A stretch of 64,000 bases of DNA from Octopus vulgaris (taxonomy: Eukaryota). The notes below the pieces were generated by a model. The model saw only the letters and a program-made list of their open reading frames with translations, was not told where the DNA came from and did no database searches. The translations under genes were made by a program, and so were the position numbers. This document shows positions 1-12,754 of this stretch, one piece after another; position 1 is the first letter of the stretch; every line of letters starts with the position of its first letter. The DNA is taken from contig OX597819.1 of assembly GCA_951406725.2 (NCBI GenBank), positions 111,786,001-111,850,000 of the forward strand, written 5' to 3'.

Positions 1-654
1 TACCATTAATCAGCAGATGAAACGGTATATCGTATAAGAAATTACAGGGTAAATGTTTTTTAAATTTTCTCCTGGTTTACGGAATTAATTTTTATTTGCG
101 GTTGAAGCTTTGGCTGTTATTTCTAGTGGGTGAATGGCCTATTATGGCCGTTCCTTGATTGTTGATGTTGAACTTAAAAATGGTCTATGACTATTTAATT
201 TTTTCCCACTAGGCCGCTGGTGGCAAAAGAATTCTACAAAATTTTTTTTGCCACCCTATATTGATTTATTATGAATTTTCTGGTTAATTCCGTAATGGAA
301 TCGACGGCTTATATTTATTTGCTGCTGATAAATTTGGCGCGAGTGCGACGATTTGAAAATTTTAGGTCAGATATAACCTTGGCAAGGTCGGAAATGCCTC
401 GTGAAAATATCTGTTCCGACTTGGGCTATTTCTTACTGAAGAATCTGAGGGCCTTTGGAAGATTGGCTTGATTTAATTTAATCAGGTTAGTTTACCATTA
501 ATCAGCAGATGAAACGGTATATCGTATAAGAAATTACAGGGTAAATGTTTTTTAAATTTTCTCCTGGTTTACGGAATTAATTTTTATTTGCGGTTGAAGC
601 TTTGGCTGTTATTTCTAGTGGGTGAATGGCCTATTATGGCCGTTCCTTGATTGT

Positions 655-658
<4 letters not shown>
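1..658 (+). mobile_element. Tandem 492-nt non-coding monomer with hammerhead (retrozyme / Penelope pLTR-like)
   Basis: 1-166 is repeated exactly at 493-658 (period 492). The unit contains a hammerhead, ends in (TA)n and is truncated by the window start. Confidence 0.8.
428..534 (+). ncRNA. Type I hammerhead ribozyme, intact core
   Basis: ATTTCTTA-CTGAAGA-ATCTG[long hairpin]CAGAT-GAAA-CGGTATATCG-TA-TAAGAAAT. Helix I is 8 bp; predicted cleavage after GUA at 526. Confidence 0.85.
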
Positions 659-695
<37 letters not shown>

Positions 696-942
696 AGTGG
701 CTGTGTGGTAACTATCATGCTTACCAACCACATGGTCTTGGGTTCAGTCCTACTGCGTGGCAACTTCGGCAAGTGTCTTCTACCATAGCCTCGAGCCAAA
801 CCAAAGCCTTGTGAATGGTCCCGGGTTGAGTCGGAGTTAACCACAGTAAATAAGGTACTCAATACATAGCAGAGTTTATGATTTCTTTTGAATGAAACAG
901 TTCTAGTCCTGTAGAAGCTCCTTCTATAAAATAAATAAATAA

Positions 943-1006
<64 letters not shown>

Positions 1007-1100
1007 AGAGTTTACGAAAAAATAAGACAAAGACAGGTGGTGTACAAAACAAAGCAAACAGATGTATTAGTATAACGCTCAGGAATAGAAAAAGTCTTTT

Positions 1101-1134
1101 CCGTTTCGAGCCTACGTTCTTCTACAGAAAGGGA
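1101..1134 (-). ncRNA. Degenerate minimal hammerhead-like motif in a (TA)n-flanked insert (~1003-1175)
   Basis: Minus strand CTTT-CTGTAGAA-GAAC gtag GCTC-GAAA-CG-GA-AAAG; several core mismatches. Confidence 0.35.
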
Positions 1135-1224
1135 CTCAGAAAAAACAAGGAGAGAAAAAAAGGAGAGAAAAAAATATATATATAAATATATATATACATA
1201 TATACACACATATATTTATATATT

Positions 1225-1281
<57 letters not shown>

Positions 1282-1330
1282 AAACAAGTCAAAAATAGAA
1301 AATGCTAAGATAATTTTATAGTAAATCTTT

Positions 1331-1368
1331 CAGTACCGGTTTCGGTCATTTTGAGACCTTTTCAACTG
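1331..1368 (-). ncRNA. Minimal type I hammerhead, U3-A8 core variant, in a (TA)n-flanked insert (~1277-1502)
   Basis: Minus strand CAG-TTGAAAA-GGTC tcaaaat GACC-GAAA-CCGG-TA-CTG; palindromic helix III ACCGGT. Confidence 0.7.
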
Positions 1369-1568
1369 TAACGATTAAATAATTAAATTTAGAAAAATTA
1401 GAAGAAAAGTTTTTTTAAAAGAATATTTCTGTAGTAGTGTTCAGATATAAGTAGCATTCTGCCTTTCTCTGACTCCCTTGTTTGCACTTGTGTGTTCGAG
1501 GTATATATATATATATATATATATATACATAAATATATAAATATATGTGTGTATATATATATATATAT

Positions 1569-1615
<47 letters not shown>

Positions 1616-1642
1616 AATATATAATTATATGTGTGTATATAT

Positions 1643-1674
<32 letters not shown>

Positions 1675-1701
1675 GTGTGTGTGTGTATATATATATTTAT
1701 G

Positions 1702-1754
<53 letters not shown>

Positions 1755-2104
1755 GTAAGTATGTATGTATGCGTGTGTGTGTGTGTATGCTTGTGTGTCT
1801 GTGTTTGTTCCTCCCCCAATATCGCTTCATAACCGGTGCTGGTGTGTTTACGTCCCCGTAACTTAGCGTTTCGGTAAAACAGAACAATAGAATAAGTACT
1901 AGGCTTAAAAAGAATAAGCTCTGGGGTCGATTTGCTCGACTAAAGCCTGTGCTCCAGCATGGCCACAGTCGAATGACTGAAACAAGTAAAAGAGTAAAAG
2001 AATATATATGTGTTTATAAATATATATATTCATGTCTGCGTTTGTCAGAGTGAGTGTGTGTGTGTGTACGTACACAGGTATAATCATTATAAATGTATTC
2101 GCAC

Positions 2105-2146
<42 letters not shown>

Positions 2147-2237
2147 CCATTCAGAGATAGTTAGGCAAAGAGACAGAGAACAAATAGATGGACGAATGGA
2201 CACATAGACAGACAGGTAGACGTTCAGACAGATAGAC

Positions 2238-2323
<86 letters not shown>

Positions 2324-3380
2324 TAACGACACATAAACAATGCTTCAAGGGAAATAACTCTAATAGTTTTACTAAGAGTAATCTCCCTTGCACTATTGTT
2401 TAATTTTGACTGAAATTTATTTTGTTCTGTTGCATTTTAGAACGATAGGTAGTTTTTGTTGTTTTTTTTTCTGTATAAACACACGCACTATATATTCGTT
2501 CTTCACTCGTTTGTTACTGTTCTTATTTTGACTCATGTCTATCGTCTGGAAATCTATCATCACACATCTATGACCTCTTCAGCAATACTTTCTGTCCTCG
2601 AGCGTGCTCCTCTTCTCTCTCTTTTTTACTCATTTACTTGTTTCAGTCATTTGACTGCGACCATGCTGGAGCACCGCCTTTAGTCGAGCAAATCGACCCC
2701 GGGACTTATTCTTTGTAAGCCCAGTACTTATTCTATCGGTCTCTTTTGCCGAACCGCTAAGTGACGGGGACGTAAACACACCAGCATCGGTTGTCAAGCA
2801 ATGCTAGGGGGACAAACACACACACAAACACACCTGAAAAATCCTTTCTGAATGTATATTTTGGGAAATTTCAAAAATTTTCTTTCCTGTTTTGCGAAAT
2901 TCTCTTTGACTAGTAGAAATAAAATGACTTTTTAACATCCGTCTCTGTTGATATATATACGTGTGTAGTGATGCGTTTACTACCATAAATCTCTAACTAC
3001 AGCAACAATTCTTCACACATTTTTCAACAGCAACAACGACAATCACCAACACCACCGCCGCCGTCACCACCACCGCCGTCACCACCACGACACAACAACT
3101 GACCCAGCGTCAGCCACCCCTTAATTCAACCCACAGTTGATGAACGGGTCAGCAGCTAATTCTGCAACAACAATTACAGCTAAAACAAACACTTTCACCA
3201 GTTCTAATTTAACCACATTTTCAAAACACTAACTACTAAATCAAAAGAAATTCAACTTATTGCATCTTTAGCGACTTCAGATATTACTTATGAGGGTGGC
3301 TAATTCTCATTCTGGGGGGTGGAGGGGCTGAGATTCTAACTAGGGGTGCTTAGCACCCCATATCTACCCCGCGCAGATAT

Positions 3381-3826
3381 GCGGCGAGCTGGCAGAAACG
3401 TGTTAGCACGCCGGGCGAAATGCGTAGCCGTATTTCGTATGCCATTACGTTCTGAGTTCAAATTCCGCCGAGGTCGACTTTGCCTTTCATCCTTTCGGAG
3501 TCGATAAATTAAGTACCAGTTACGCACCAGTGCGTAACTGGTACTTAACTTATCGATATAATCGATATAATCGACTTAATCTGTTTGTCTGTCCTTGTTT
3601 GTCCTCTCTGTGTTTAGCCCCTTGTGGGTAGTAAAGAAATAGGTATTTCGTCTGCTGCTACTTTCTGAGTTCAAATTCCGCCGAGGTCGACTTTGCCTTT
3701 CATCCTTTCGGAGTCGATAAATTAAGTACCAGTTACGCACTGGGGTCGATATAATCGACTTAATCCGTTTGTCTGTCCTTGTTTATTACCTCTGTGTTTG
3801 GCCCCTTGTAGGTAGTAAAGAAATAG
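3381..3826 (+). mobile_element. tRNA-derived SINE family B with duplicated body
   Basis: Head ggcgagctggcagaa, B-box gagttcaaattcc, central gcctttcatcctttcggagtcgataaattaagtacc (resembles the Deu/Nin domain); many copies in the window. Confidence 0.85.
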
Positions 3827-4625
3827 GCATCTGTTGTCGTTAAATTCAACGCAACAGAGCGCTCAGCCGGAATTTGTGTAGTACAGAATTCGATTTTCTG
3901 TAGCTGTTGACCACTTTTTCCCCCTATCTATAGGTGTATATTTAACTGATTTCCTAAAAGGCCATTTTCACAGCTATTCACCTGCGTTCGAGATTTCCTT
4001 AATTTCTAAAAATATCTGCATAGAGCAGTTTGGGATAGGTTTTGAATAGAGTAATTTGTCCAAGAGAAGAACCAGTTAAAAGATTCAGTTTGGGGTCCTG
4101 CAGAGTAAAGCGAGAAATTCTTGGTTTAAACGGTTCTTATCTCAATCTGTTTCTTCATTAATAAAACAGGTGTTTCCAGTTATGTCCGCCAAAGTACTTT
4201 CGCAGGTTTTTTATCCAATTACTTCATAGTCAGTTGTTTATATGTTTTCAAATCCATTCTGTAAATATGTCCGGTGTTTTTGGAGGGAAAATTTAGCATT
4301 CCGAGTTACTGAAAGAAGCTATAGTCAAATCTATCAGACTGTCTGTCTATGTGTCTGTCCGTCCCTCTGTGTGTTTGTATGTATCTATCTGTATATTCTT
4401 CCAAACGGCCGTCCGTCCGTCCGTCCGTCTATCCGTCCATTCGCCTGTCTGTCTGTCTATTTGCTTGCATGTATGTATGTATGTATGTATGTATGTATGT
4501 ATGTATGTATGTATGTATGTATGTATGTATGTATGTGTGTATGTATGTATGTATATAAAAAATACAAAATGGGACAAGAACGCAAAACAACCGGTCAGTT
4601 AGATGATACAAAAATGGGACAATCA

Positions 4626-4715
<90 letters not shown>

Positions 4716-4999
4716 GTTGCCTGCCTGTCTGTCTATCTATACGTGCGACATGAGCTCAGTTTTAAGCTGAAACAAGTTAAAGAGTTAAAAAGTTATGTGT
4801 GTATGTGTGTGTCTGTGTGTGTGTGTGTATTTGTGTATCTATCTGTAAGAACGAAACTCAAGCGTTTTCCTGTTTCTACAGTAAATATATGAACCACTAA
4901 ACGAACCTTCTTTGCAATCCCTCTCTACCTAAATAAAATAGAAGGGGGAAACAATCCCTTCAAATCAAGGTCTGTTGTTTTAGAAAGGAACAAATTGTT

Positions 5000-5416
5000 G
5001 AGTGGCTGCGTGGTAAGTAGCTTGCTAACCAACCACATGGTTCCGGGTTCAGTCCCACTGCGTGGATTCTTGGGCAAGTGTCTTCTGCTATAGCCCCGGG
5101 CCGACCAATGCCTTGTGAGTGGATTTGGTAGACGGAAACTGAAAGAAGCCTGTCGTATATATGTATATATATGTATATATGTGTATGTGTGTGTGTTTGT
5201 GTGTCTGTGTTTGTCCCCCTAGCATTGCTTGACAACCGATGCTGGTGTGTTCACGTCCCCGTCACTTAGTGGTTCGGCAAAACAGACCGATAGAATAAGT
5301 ACTGGGCTTACAAAGAATAAGTCCCGGGGTCGATTTGCTCGACTAAAGGCGGTGCTCCAGCATGGCCGCAGTCACATGACTGAAACAAGTAAAAGAGTAA
5401 AAGAGTAAAAAGAGTA
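5000..5416 (+). mobile_element. tRNA-derived SINE family A (CORE-like), full length
   Basis: gagtggctgcgtggtaag A-box, gggttcagtccc B-box, cttgggcaagt CORE-like motif, internal microsatellite, (aaaagagt)n tail. Partial copies at ~693, 1790, 2620, 5925, 36930 and 38161. Confidence 0.88.
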
Positions 5417-6297
5417 ATATATAAGAAGTTTTGACCAGGTTAGGCGTCAAAAAATGTGAAAAAAAGAAAAAAAAAAAAAGAAAAATAACTGAAAAATATA
5501 AGCATGGGAAAAATTTGGAAAGAGATTAAAACATTGTCCCATGAATGGTTGCCAAAAGTAAGAATCCAAAACTGCATTCAGAAATTTATTTGATCTACAA
5601 GCGAACGAAGACTGCTGAAGCCGAATAAGTTGAAGAATAGGGGAAGTGTGGAGATCAGCCTTATGGCGTCAGCTGGTTTCCTGTTTGAGCACCTGATAGC
5701 ACACAAAACTAATGTATTGATAGCACACAATGTATATACAATCTGATGTATTAATAATTGTAAACACGTTGTTCAGCACCCCCAGCTATCAAGATAGCAC
5801 CCGCAGTTGCAATCGGCTGGCTACGTGGCTAGGTCCTAGGCCGGGTGATAGTGCCCCTTTTGTCGAGAAGTGTGTTCGGGGAAACAGCGCTGGCAGGGTT
5901 GAGAGGAGATGTGTTCGAGAATGAGTGGAGTGGCTGTGTGGTAAGTAGCTTCCTTACCAACAACATGGTACCGAGTTCAGTCCCACTGCGTGGTACCTTG
6001 GTCAAGTGTCTTCTACTATAGCCTCAAGCCAGCAAAAGCCTTGTGAGTGGGTTTGGTAGACGGAACCTTTAAGAAACCCGTTTTGAGCTTACAAGAGAAC
6101 TCATATCTTTTATGAAAAGGACGTTATATCGGTTGCTGGATGTTTGGAAAGGTTGTGATTTTTCTTAAACAGGAAATATCTGAACGAGTTACAAATATTT
6201 GTTATGTGAATGGGACATTGTGTTATCAACGAGTCGAAACATGACTGGGAATGTGTCAAGGTCCAACATTATTTCATTATACAAGTTCACATACTCA

Positions 6298-6695
6298 GGC
6301 GGCAAGCTGGCAGAGACGTTAGCACGCCGGGCGAAGTGCTTACCGGTATTTCGCCTGTCGCTACGTTCTGAGTTCAAATTCCGCCGAGGTCGACTTTGCC
6401 TTTCATCCTCTCGGGGTCGATTAAATAAGTACCAGTTACGCACTGGGGTCGACGTAATCGACTTAATCCGTTTGTCTGTCCTTGTTTGTCCCCTCTGTGT
6501 TTAGCCCCTTGTGGGTAATAAAGAAATAGGTATTTCGCCTGTCGCTACATTCTGAGTTCAAATTCCGCCGAGGTCGACTTTGCCTTTCATCCTCTCAGGG
6601 TCGATAAATTAAGTACCAGTTATGCACTGGGGTCGATGTAATCGCCTTAATCCGTTTGTCTGTCCTTGTTTGTCCCCTCTATGTTTAGCACCTTG
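6298..6695 (+). mobile_element. SINE family B with 184-bp internal duplication
   Basis: Same family as 3381; flanked by near-identical gttcac(at/ac)actc TSD. Confidence 0.87.
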
Positions 6696-7360
6696 TTCAC
6701 ACACTCTTTATTAAATTTATTAAGAATTTAACATAACATGCACTAATCTATGCCAATAACTAAAAAGCAAAAAGTATTAATGGTCCATGCTCGATTGGAA
6801 TATTATAAGCATCCAATGAGGATGGTTACAGTAAGTCAATAAAATACTGCACAAACTTTTTATTTAAAAAAAAAAATTATTTATTTTTTTCTTTTCTTTT
6901 CTTTTTTTTTTTTTGTGTCGGTAAAACATCATTCACTGATAAAGGAGCAATGAGCTTAGAAAAGTCTGAGAACCACTGATGTAAACCACATCTGAAAAGA
7001 AAACAACATTGTACATGAAGCAACGTGCAGCACATTTGTTCGAGAAAAAAAAAAACCTTCTTAAGGGAAGTAACAAATACTATAGTATATTAGAGTTATC
7101 TCCCTTGAAATATAACTTGAAACATTTTAATTGCTTCTTTTGCTCACTATTGTTGTTCCAAATTAATGGCTTCTAATTTATTCACAAGGCCAGTAATTTT
7201 CCGGAGAGAGATATTTCGGTGCCGTCGACTCCACAAGGATGAGAAATAAACTTATCCACGACCTGACTTAAATTTAGAACGACACGAGGAGCCGGAATAA
7301 ATACGGTGTGTTTTTTTTATTTTTTTTTTTTATTCATTAATTTACTTATTTATGGCATGC

Positions 7361-7751
7361 GTGGAGACGCAATGGCCCAGTGGTTAGGGCAGCGGACTCG
7401 CGGTCATAGGATCGCGGTTTCGATTCCCAGACCGGGCGTTGTGAGTGTTTATTGAGCGAAAAAACACCTAAAAAAAAGCTCCACGAGGCTCCGGCAGGGA
7501 TGGTGGTGATCCCTGCTGTACTCTTTCACCACAACTTTCTCTCACTCTTACTTCCTGTTTCTGTTGTACCTGTATTTCAAAGAGCCGGCCTTGTCACTCT
7601 CTGTGTCACGCTGAATATCCCCGAGAACTACGTTAAGGGTACACGTGTCTGTGGAGTGCTCAGACACTTACACGTTAATTTCACGAGCAGGCTGTTCCGT
7701 TGATTCGGATCAACCGGAACCCTCGTCGTCGCAACCGACGGAGTGCTTCCA
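7361..7751 (+). mobile_element. tRNA-derived SINE family C
   Basis: tggcccagtggttagggcagcgg...ggtttcgattccc tRNA head; 10-bp TSD tatggcatgc. Confidence 0.9.
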
Positions 7752-8200
7752 TATGGCATGCAGTAGGGATCGCTAATACCCCGTCGGAATTTACGGTCTC
7801 AAATTTTTTAACAAGGCTAACAAGTTTTAGAGGAACGGTTTCGTCGATTACATTCACCCTATGACATTATTTTATCGACCCTGAAAGAATGAAAGGCGGA
7901 GTCAATCTCGGCCGCATTTCAACTCAAACCGTAAAACGCCAATACGTTTTCGACCTTCTACTGTATGCACAAGACCTGAAAATTTAGGGGAGGAGCCTAG
8001 TCGATTACATCGACTCTAGTGATTGACTGGTGCTTATTTCATCGAACGGATGAAAGGCTAAGTCGACTTCGGTGGAATTTGAACTCAGAATGTAAAGCCC
8101 GAAAACATTCCACAAAGCATTTTATTCGGCATGCTAACCATTTTGCCAGCTTGTTGCCTTTTTAAAACAATAATTGTATTTTATAGTTACAAATATATTA

Positions 8201-8585
8201 GATGGAAGCACTCCGTCGGTTACGACGATGAGGGTTCCGGTTGATCCGAATCAACGGAACAGCCTGCTCGTGAAATTAACGTGTAAGTGGCTGAGCACTC
8301 CACAGACACGTGCACCCTTAACGTAGTTCTCGGGGATATTCAGCGTGACACAGAGAGTGACAAGGCCGGCCCCTTGAAATACAGGTACAACAGAAACAGG
8401 CAGTAAGAGTGACAGAAAGTTGTGGTGAAAGAGTACAGCAGGGATCACCACCATCCCTGCCGGAGCCTCGTGGAGCTTCTAGGTGTTTTCGCTCAATAAA
8501 CACTCACAACGCCCGGTCTGGGAATCGAAACCGCGATCCTATGACCGCGAGTCCGCTGCCCTAACCACTGGGCCATTGCGCCTCC
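8201..8585 (-). mobile_element. tRNA-derived SINE family C (inverted relative to 7361)
   Basis: Reverse complement of 7361-7751; 14-bp TSD ttacaaatatatta. Confidence 0.9.
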
Positions 8586-8970
8586 TTACAAATATATTAT
8601 AGAGCACAGGACCTGCAACTTTGGGAGAGGGTGCTGGTCATTAACGTGGAACCCAATATTCAACTGCTATTTATTTTATCGACCCCAAAAAAGACAAAGG
8701 GTAAAGTTGAATTCTGTGGCACTTGAACTCAAGATAAAGCCGGAAGAAATGCCGCTAAATATTTTGTCCGTTCGCCGCATCCCCAACACTCTTTGTAATA
8801 ATGTGAAAATCTCGACCCGCAGACCCCCTCCTCCTCCTCCCTCGTTCCCAACATCTGAATATTTCAAACAATAAAAGCAAAACTGAAATATATACTGACC
8901 TATGACTCTAGTTCTATCAGTTACCAAATATATCAAGTAGCCTTGACATTCGCCCACCACAGATGCGCGG

Positions 8971-9013
<43 letters not shown>

Positions 9014-9098
9014 AGACGCATACATGTGCATGCACTTAAGTGTTTTATGTTTGGACACGATTTTTCTGGTAGATAACTAAAATATCAGTGTCATATAG

Positions 9099-9490
9099 GG
9101 CGGCGAGCTGGCAGAATCGTTAGCACGCCGGGCGAAATGCGTAGCCGTATTTCGTCTGTCTTTACGTTCTGAGTTCAAATTCCGCTGAGGTCGACTTTGC
9201 CTTTCATCCTTTCGGGGTCGATAAATCAAGTACCAGTTACGCACTGGGGTCGATGTAATCAACTTAATCAGTCTGTCTGTCCTTGTTTGTCTCCTCTGTG
9301 TTTAGCCCCTTGTGGATAGTAAAGAAATAGGTATTTCGTCTGTCTTTATGTTCTGAGTTCAAATTCCGCTGAGGTCGACTTTGCCTTTCATCGTTTCGGG
9401 GTCGATAAATAAAGTACCAGTTGCATACTGGGGTCGATCTAATCGACTTGCACCCTCCTCCAAAATTTCGGACCTTGTGCCTAGAGTAGA
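9099..9490 (+). mobile_element. SINE family B
   Basis: Family head plus 184-bp duplicated body, ending in an alternative tail (cctagagtagaaaa). Confidence 0.85.
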
Positions 9491-9704
9491 AAAATATATA
9501 TCAGTGTTATACAATCTACAATTGAAATATAGTTCAAATTAGTGAAGATGCAGTCAAGTTGCATTTTTTTTCTCCACAAAATTTGTACGGTTATCTAGAG
9601 TTTATATTCTGTAGAGAGACCTGCAATTTTTACTCTTTTGTATACAAAATTAATGCAAAAAATATTCTTTGCAGGCGTGGTTGTATGGTGAGAAGCTTGC
9701 TTCC

Positions 9705-11784
9705 ACTGTGCATGTGCGAATAATTGTGGTGTTCGGCACCAAAGAGGTGAGACATGCTTTTGAAGCCGTCTCGAATTGAAAAATTTTGAAGCTCCATTGT
9801 AAGGTAAGATTCTGTTTTTTGGGTCTAGTGGGAATTTTTGTTGAGAATTGTTTTTGTACAGGCAGGAATTCCTACTGGATTCAGAATTCTGATTCTGCCG
9901 ACATGGGGCAAATAATTTTTCTCGCTGAATTGTGAGAATTTTTGTTCGGGGGCGTATTCGTCTTCGGTTTATGTTGAGTGAATATTTTTCTCACTTAATT
10001 ATGAGAATTATTGCTTGTATTGTGCCTTTTGAAGAATTTTAATAATTGTGAGAACTGCTGTTTGGGGGAGTGTTTTGCCTCCGAAGATTGAACAATTTCT
10101 ATATCAATTTTTGTGGAAGTTGTGTTCCAGTTGTGGTGTTCCGGGTTCAACCCAGGCCGGGAGTACCGAATGGCCGGAAGATTTTTTTGCTGTGTTCCTG
10201 AGCTATTGACTTTCTTCTAAACTTTATTTGACTTTCTCCTTTTTGTTTATTGTGACTTTCTTTTGATTTCTTTTTTCTTCTCTCTTTTTAAGTTTTATTT
10301 TGAATATATTTAAAAAAAAACAAAAAAACATGGCAATGAAAAAAGACAAAATTTTGGAGTGGGAGATTATACCGCCTAAAAAGTGGTTAAAAGACCGTGA
10401 AGATAGGACAGTGGTGTTGAGAACCTACTCCAAGGCACTCGACACCATCGCCCTATTCGAAAAAACGGCAATTGAAAAGGAGCTGGCAGAGTATTTGTCA
10501 ACAATTAAATTCATTTCCTGGGGTGTCAGATATGCAACGGTGTGGTTGCTATTTGACACCCCTGAAGAGGCTCGCAAATTTGCGAGTCAACCCCTGGAGG
10601 GTAAGGAAATTTTATTTCTTCCCACATATCATGGGAAGAGGTTAACGAAAGCTTGGATCTGCGGGCTGCCACCCGGGATAAAACCCGAGTGGATAGAGGA
10701 GACTATCCGCCGGGGTCTGGGTGGCAGCGGGACCAAGCTTCTTAATGTGAAAGTTCTTCCTGCGGCTGTTTGGGTTGGGTCAAAAGCAATTTTGACCCTT
10801 TGGACCCAATCAGCCAATCTGGTTTTTCCAGATTTTTTGAAAATGGCCGGGTGCAGGTACCCGGTGATACTTGAGGGTGCCCCCCCCCCCAGGTGTCATC
10901 GGTGCCTGGAGTCCGGCCATATAAAGAAAAACTGTCCCCGGGAACAAAATAAGATCCCGGAGCAGTTAAGTGAAACCCCTGTAGAAGAGGGAATGAAGAC
11001 GGCCGAGGAAGCGGAGGACTCCTCAAACAGGAGCCGAAAGAGGAAGAAGATGAGCAACAATGGGTGCTCACCAAAGGATCCTAGGGATGAGGAGGGAAAG
11101 GCGAATCTTCCGGCCACGGAGGAGACGCACCCTCCCTCAGTTGAAAAGAAAAAAAAAGAGGAAGAGGAAGAGAAACGGGATATTGCCGGCAGTCGGTGAC
11201 ATAGTACCGGAATGTCCCGGAACTACGTCGATTGGGGTTGTGCCACCGACAGGAGAAGAAACACCGTTGGCGGGAACTGTGCCTCCAATGAAAGAATTGA
11301 ATATCCCGCCCCCGGGGAAAGACGATGTATTGATCTTCTTCCATAGAGGCGGAGAGATTGAAAAGATGATGGAAAAGCACCATAAGGGAGCACCTTCAGC
11401 CTTCACACAGGACCCCGAATGGACATGTTTAGATACGACTTGAGGGGCCCCGACCTAGAGCTGGCGCATTCCTAAGGGAAGTGTAAGCCAGGTCTGGGAG
11501 GAGGGGCTTTGTGTATTGTATTTATATTATATGTAATTATTGAACTATGTTGTTGTTTAGTCCAAAAATTGAAAAGTTGTAAAAGTTGTAAGAGGTTTAA
11601 TACCTCGTTTTGTGTTTGGTTTTAAAGAACAATGTTTTAGAGAAGCAGAAGTCGGCGGGCGCTTTTTGTCTTCTCCCATCCTTATCATCTTTCTTTCATT
11701 ATCATTCATTTCATTAATGTCCTCGTCCAGCCCGCAAAGCTACTTTACTCTATGTACTGCCTTCATGGCAAATGTAATGAAATA
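9705..11784 (+). mobile_element. ORF1-only non-LTR retroelement (Tx1/L1-related) inserted into a family A SINE
   Basis: 15-bp TSD gagaagcttgcttcc at 9690-9704 and 11785-11799; the SINE A sequence resumes after it; no RT ORF. Confidence 0.8.
10330..11199 (+). CDS. Tx1/L1-type ORF1-like protein with CCHC zinc knuckle
   Basis: Open frame from ATG 10330; CHRCLESGHIKKNC (CX2CX4HX4C); RRM-like N-terminal half; basic RSRKRKK patch. Confidence 0.75.
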   Translation: MAMKKDKILEWEIIPPKKWLKDREDRTVVLRTYSKALDTIALFEKTAIEKELAEYLSTIKFISWGVRYATVWLLFDTPEEARKFASQPLEGKEILFLPTYHGKRLTKAWICGLPPGIKPEWIEETIRRGLGGSGTKLLNVKVLPAAVWVGSKAILTLWTQSANLVFPDFLKMAGCRYPVILEGAPPPRCHRCLESGHIKKNCPREQNKIPEQLSETPVEEGMKTAEEAEDSSNRSRKRKKMSNNGCSPKDPRDEEGKANLPATEETHPPSVEKKKKEEEEEKRDIAGSR

Positions 11785-12264
11785 GAGAAGCTTGCTTCCC
11801 AATTACATACTTCTGTGTTCAGTCCCACTGTGAGGTACCTTTGGCAAGGGGCTTCCACTACAACCTCGGGTCGACCCAAACCTTTTTGAATGAATTTGAT
11901 AGACGGAAACTGAAAGAAGCCCGTGGAATATAAATGTGTGTGCGTATGTGTCTGTTTCCTCCTCGCCACCGCTTGACAGCCGGTGTTATCTCCCCGTAAG
12001 TTAGAGCGGCTTGAAAAATAATAATAAGTACTGGGATCGATTCGTTCGACTAAAATTTTTCAAACCGGTGCCCCAGCATGGACACAACCTAATGACTGAA
12101 AAAGAAAAGATGTGGCTGTGTGGTAAGAAACCTGCTTTCCAACCACATAGTTCCGGGCTCAGTCCCACCGTGTGGCACCTTGGCCAAGTGTCTTCTACTA
12201 TAGCCTCGGGCCGACTAAAGCGTTGTGAGTGGATTTGGCAGACGGAAACTGAAAGAAGCACATC

Positions 12265-12315
<51 letters not shown>

Positions 12316-12665
12316 GTACACACACACATATATATATATACACACATAGATATAGATATATATATACACACACACACACATATATATATATGTGTGTATA
12401 TATACATATATGTTTGTGTGTATGTGTGTGTGAGAGAGAGAGAGAGGGAGAGAGTTCATGAGTGTGTGTTGTCCACCCTCCGTCGCTTGACAACCGATGT
12501 TGGTGTGTTGACGTCCTCCGTAACTTAGCGGTTCGACAAAAGAGAGACCGACACAATAAGTATTACGCTTACAAAAGGTCCTGGGGTCGATTTGTTCGAC
12601 TAAAGGGGGTGCTGTAGCATGGCCGCAGTCAAATGACTGAAACAAGTAAAAGAAAATGAAAGAAA
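11785..12665 (+). mobile_element. Two tandem family A SINE copies
   Basis: Family A motifs at 11785-12110 (5' part at 9670-9704) and 12111-12665. Confidence 0.8.
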
Positions 12666-12754
12666 ATCTTCTATACGTTTTATGGACAAGGAAATGACTG
12701 GAGCCAATTTACCAAAGAAATATCGTTCTTTAACGAATTTTATTCTTTTCTACT

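Noticed and set aside
7361-7440. tRNA-like sequences at SINE heads
   Set aside because: They continue into SINE bodies with TSDs and lack a proper acceptor stem; not tRNA genes.
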